Below are positions 55,705-59,039 of a stretch of 59,039 nucleotides of DNA, piece by piece. The DNA is taken from IMG/VR virus record IMGVR_UViG_3300028581_000047, positions 1-59,039 of that record, one strand, 5' to 3'. The position numbers and the translations under genes were made by a program. A model generated the notes under the pieces. That model was not told the origin of the DNA and did not search any database. It saw nothing but the letters and a program-made list of their open reading frames with translations. Origin of the DNA: a virus (Duplodnaviria; Caudoviricetes). Each line of letters begins with the position of its first letter. Position 1 is the stretch's first letter.

Positions 55705-57045
55705 TTATCCGCCAGTAGAAACGTGAGACCCAGCGAAGGGGTTTGCAGATACCATGTACGGAAAGCCTCCAAAATTAACCGCATTGCCGCCAGTAGCCCC
55801 CTCGCCAAACGAAGCACAAGTAGTAAGTGTGTGGTCACATCCACGGAACAGTTTTATGGACGTTACAGGTGCTTCAACTGTTCGGGTTGGTATTGCTCTC
55901 GCCAAGCCTATTTTACCTTGGGTATGTTCTGTTATCCAGTAGAACGCACCTTCAGGCAATATCTGTACCATTCCACCTGTGTAATAGCCTGCTTTGTTTG
56001 AAGACGATGCAGTGGCGGGAACATCTACTGATTTTTGTAGGAAGTCAGAATTGCTTATCGTGATAACTTTTTTACCTGGTTCAATTGTAAACCCTACTGG
56101 AAATATCTCATCCCCCGCTTTAACCACCCCACAGGTATTTATATCGTATAGGCTGTGGGAACACATGGGTTCATACATTCTTTTTAAACCCGCCTTCTGA
56201 ACATGGGAGTAAATAGGCTCACAGTTGATAGTCGCTTCCACCCCTGAAAAGCTACAGGTGACAATACGGCCTTGAAAAATACATACCTGGGGGGCATTCA
56301 CAGCCGCAACGTTTACTCTAAACACTTTGATAAGTATCTGAAATGAGGGTGCGCCAGAAATAAACATTTGAGCAACTTCGTTATTCTTATCGACAGTAAT
56401 AGTCATCATAGAACGATTGATTTCCATTGTCATCTCTGTTTCACCACGCTTAATCGTGCGGGGTCTGTACTGGTCTACCCCCACCTGGTATGTATCATTT
56501 CCAGAGGTGAAACATTCCCGTTTTTCCACAGCCCCATTGCTCCAAGAGAACTGAAAGAGTTCACAAGGCTCTAATTCTGCTTTGCGTTCCTCAGCTAAAA
56601 ATGCTGCAAGAATCTCTATAGCGGGGGGTACGGTAGATCCAGGTGTCACGGTGGTTGTATCAACAGATACAACAGATGTGGAGGGGATTGGGAAAGTAAC
56701 ACTGAATGCCTTTGAGGGCTTACTGGCGGAAACAAACATAGCCTTTTGTAGCGTAAGCGTGATTTCCGTTAGATTATTTCTTAGCTCAAAAAAGGTAAAG
56801 ATTGCTTGCTGCGGGTTTCCAGGGGTAACAGCAATAGTGTACTGGAATCCATCAGACTCAACAGGCTGGTTAGGCAATACTGCAAAGCCCAGGGCTGCAA
56901 TATCGTCCGCCCACAAACCAAGGGATAATTTATTCAACGTATCCAATAACGTAGCATCAACGCTACTTAACGTTGCAATAGACTTATACGATATATCTGA
57001 ATCGGTGTTAATAGCTGCTAAAGGTGTAAAGGTGATAATAGACAT
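55705..57045 (-). CDS. tail hub protein (DUF2163/BR0599-like)
   Basis: CSHSLYD..CGV, GCDHTLTTC..F...N..NFGGFP motifs. Confidence 0.8.
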   Translation of the reverse strand: MSIITFTPLAAINTDSDISYKSIATLSSVDATLLDTLNKLSLGLWADDIAALGFAVLPNQPVESDGFQYTIAVTPGNPQQAIFTFFELRNNLTEITLTLQKAMFVSASKPSKAFSVTFPIPSTSVVSVDTTTVTPGSTVPPAIEILAAFLAEERKAELEPCELFQFSWSNGAVEKRECFTSGNDTYQVGVDQYRPRTIKRGETEMTMEINRSMMTITVDKNNEVAQMFISGAPSFQILIKVFRVNVAAVNAPQVCIFQGRIVTCSFSGVEATINCEPIYSHVQKAGLKRMYEPMCSHSLYDINTCGVVKAGDEIFPVGFTIEPGKKVITISNSDFLQKSVDVPATASSSNKAGYYTGGMVQILPEGAFYWITEHTQGKIGLARAIPTRTVEAPVTSIKLFRGCDHTLTTCASFGEGATGGNAVNFGGFPYMVSANPFAGSHVSTGG

Positions 57046-57047
57046 AA

Positions 57048-58472
57048 TTATTTTGTATTTAAAATTCCAGTGAACGACACGCTAACCCTAAACCATTCAG
57101 GGTTTACCCAACTAACTTCTAAAGCATCCGAGCTAAACCGCGTTAAAGTAATGTAAGAAACCCTCTCAACATCTGAAACTAAAAAACCAGAAGCAAGGGG
57201 AACTTCTATCCCAATTTCTTCTGTTCCTGTGTATTCCTCGGAGGTTATATTTCCGTTTGCGTCTATTGTTCGCTGACTAGAGGTGTAACATAGTGAGGTA
57301 ATCTTAACTATTATAGCAGGTTTATTCTTAAATGCGACTAACAAATAAGGTACTTTTATTGTAGGTCGTACCATATACTTGGCAAAGCCCACATCCGTTA
57401 CAAACAGCCGTTTTGAGCCTGCTTCAGTACCCCCAACAATATCCAAATCATTTTGAAACGTGGGCATATAAAATGACTTAAACTTTCCTGACATTTGAAT
57501 AAAGAAATCACGAATAGAAAACTGACTTCTTCTGCCAAAGAAATCAATAGACCTTGACGTTTCAGACCGATTGTACAAGTCGTATGCCGCAACTTTACCA
57601 CCATAATCGACTACGCCTGATGGGCGAGTTATGGACACCCCAAGATTAGACACACGCTCAGGTTCTAACATGAGGACAGGTAGACCCTCCAAGGTGAAAG
57701 CATTAACACTTGGGAGCGTAGCAGGAATAAAATCATCCATAATTAACTGAATCGTTCCTGTTCCCACAGACCTGTTTAACATGGCTATTTGTACTTTGTC
57801 CCGTGTACTGCCTATCCGTAAAGGCACTACCCATGTCATGTTACTAACATTAAGGCTTGGGTCATTTGCATACACCACGGTATTATTCACTTTGAGTAAA
57901 CTCACCACTTCATAACTCGACTCACCGTTGTAAAACAGGTATTGCGCTGTAGCTAAGTTCTGTAAATTATTTGTTTTGGTAAAAGATTTCATCTCCGCCC
58001 AAATAGGAACTAATATCTTTCTGCCTTGCACACCATAAATAAGGTTTTGAAACGCCTGAAAACGTGTAAACGTAACGAGAAACTCATACTCGTACATAAC
58101 CCTTGGCAAAATGTACAGTTTAATCCTCTGTTCACTCCCATCACGACCTACCAGGGTATCCGTATGAAAACTAATACGCTCGGTAATTGGCTTAACCCAA
58201 TTTGCCATCATGGGTAACGTTTCAGGTTGTTCTGCGTAGACCCTATAATTGGCAGCAAGGTTTTGAGCCGTCTGATACGACCCAGAGGCATCAGGTGTCA
58301 CCACGTTATACGGGTTGCTGCCAATCATGCCTGCAAGAATTGCAGGGAAATCTGTCGCAGTGATACTAGACAAGCCTGTTGTAACGCCAACCCAATAATT
58401 GATTTGTGGGGTAGTTGGGTTTATTCTTAAAACAATCTGGTACCCTAAAGTTATCTCTTGTGCTGTCAGCAT
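57048..58472 (-). CDS. distal tail protein
   Basis: NW..PITERI.F.TD.L..RDGSEQR...PR; follows the tape measure gene. Confidence 0.7.
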   Translation of the reverse strand: MLTAQEITLGYQIVLRINPTTPQINYWVGVTTGLSSITATDFPAILAGMIGSNPYNVVTPDASGSYQTAQNLAANYRVYAEQPETLPMMANWVKPITERISFHTDTLVGRDGSEQRIKLYILPRVMYEYEFLVTFTRFQAFQNLIYGVQGRKILVPIWAEMKSFTKTNNLQNLATAQYLFYNGESSYEVVSLLKVNNTVVYANDPSLNVSNMTWVVPLRIGSTRDKVQIAMLNRSVGTGTIQLIMDDFIPATLPSVNAFTLEGLPVLMLEPERVSNLGVSITRPSGVVDYGGKVAAYDLYNRSETSRSIDFFGRRSQFSIRDFFIQMSGKFKSFYMPTFQNDLDIVGGTEAGSKRLFVTDVGFAKYMVRPTIKVPYLLVAFKNKPAIIVKITSLCYTSSQRTIDANGNITSEEYTGTEEIGIEVPLASGFLVSDVERVSYITLTRFSSDALEVSWVNPEWFRVSVSFTGILNTK

Positions 58473-58476
58473 TGTC

Positions 58477-59039
58477 TTATCTCAAAATTTGTTTAATAGA
58501 TAAACTGTTGCGGCGAACGAATTCTACCAAAGTTTTCTCGCCCGACGCAGAAGATATATAGTCGCCAACATTTCTGTGGTCATCCACCATCACAACCCGA
58601 ATAGACTGTTCTGTGGGGGCAGAAGGGGCTACAACGGGTGCATTAGGTTGTACTCGTGATGCAGCATAACTCATGGGGTCTGCAATACCACCTGTGGCGC
58701 GTTGAATCGGGAATTTGTTGGCAAAGTTCCAAGCATCTAACGTACGCTTACCAATTGCTTTTGTTGTCTTCGCATTTAAAACATACTCTCCGTTTGACAA
58801 CCTAGCAGGGATGGAATCGGATGTGGTCGTTCCAGGTCCTGTGATGTAACCGTGTTGCGTTTGGTCAGGGTAAAGCTGGGTTGTGCCTGTCTTCGGGTCA
58901 TAGATGGGGGTACCACCCGTTGAATAGTTTTGGACATTTGCACTCTCAACATTTCCACCCGTTGAATAGTTTTGGACATTTGCACTCTCAACATTTCCAC
59001 CCGTTGAATAGTTTTGGACATTTGCACTCTCAACATTTC
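58477..59039 (-). CDS. tape measure protein, C-terminal part (5' end beyond the window)
   Basis: Open frame through the window end; GPGTTTSDSIPARLSNGEYVLNA motif. Confidence 0.8.
   Translation of the reverse strand, partial: NVESANVQNYSTGGNVESANVQNYSTGGNVESANVQNYSTGGTPIYDPKTGTTQLYPDQTQHGYITGPGTTTSDSIPARLSNGEYVLNAKTTKAIGKRTLDAWNFANKFPIQRATGGIADPMSYAASRVQPNAPVVAPSAPTEQSIRVVMVDDHRNVGDYISSASGEKTLVEFVRRNSLSIKQILR
58913..59039. repeat. exact 42-bp tandem repeat, 3 copies, running to the window end
   Basis: CCACCCGTTGAATAGTTTTGGACATTTGCACTCTCAACATTT; encodes NVESANVQNYSTGG in the tape-measure frame. Confidence 0.9.

Larger units (their letters stand above)
1..59039. mobile_element. phage-plasmid (partial genome)
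   Basis: Tail module, lytic replication genes and an intact iteron/Rep_3/ParA replicon occur together; no host housekeeping genes. Confidence 0.85.

Noticed and set aside
58913-59039. 42-bp repeats as CRISPR, and the 58776-59036 ORF as a gene
   Set aside because: No spacers; the correct frame is the tape-measure frame carrying the SDSIPARLSNGEYV motif.

Overview
This window looks like about 59 kb of a temperate tailed phage that is maintained as a plasmid (a phage-plasmid), probably from a proteobacterial host. Head, terminase, lysis and repressor genes are not in the window. Layout, left to right: (i) 1-7.6 kb, + strand early/host-takeover cluster of small, often acidic ORFs, including ArdA, with hairpin-rich non-coding gaps; (ii) 8.0-33.8 kb, + strand lytic replication and recombination module (AEP primase-helicase, SNF2 helicase, tRNA-CAU, ATP-dependent ligase, PolA with both exonuclease domains, NUDIX, DEDDh exonuclease, resolvase, SbcD/SbcC, ThyX-like), interspersed with many intact and decayed Bro-N/AntA/Rha antirepressor-family genes; (iii) 34.2-37.0 kb plasmid replicon (Rep_3 initiator, 22-bp iterons, ParA and a small RHH-like partner); (iv) 37.0-59.0 kb, - strand siphovirus-type tail module ending in the tape-measure C-terminus. 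The most striking unexplained structure is a pair of ~384-bp, ~97%-identical inverted repeats (7651-8034 and 33864-34247). They bracket the whole lytic replication module, each is built like a symmetric replication origin, and one abuts the plasmid rep gene. Also notable: a covarying loop-loop (kissing) RNA leader upstream of two antirepressor-like genes, short direct repeats flanking several antirepressor-like inserts, and a candidate large ncRNA at about 1.5-1.9 kb. All annotations come from reading motifs by eye; no searches or folding programs were run.
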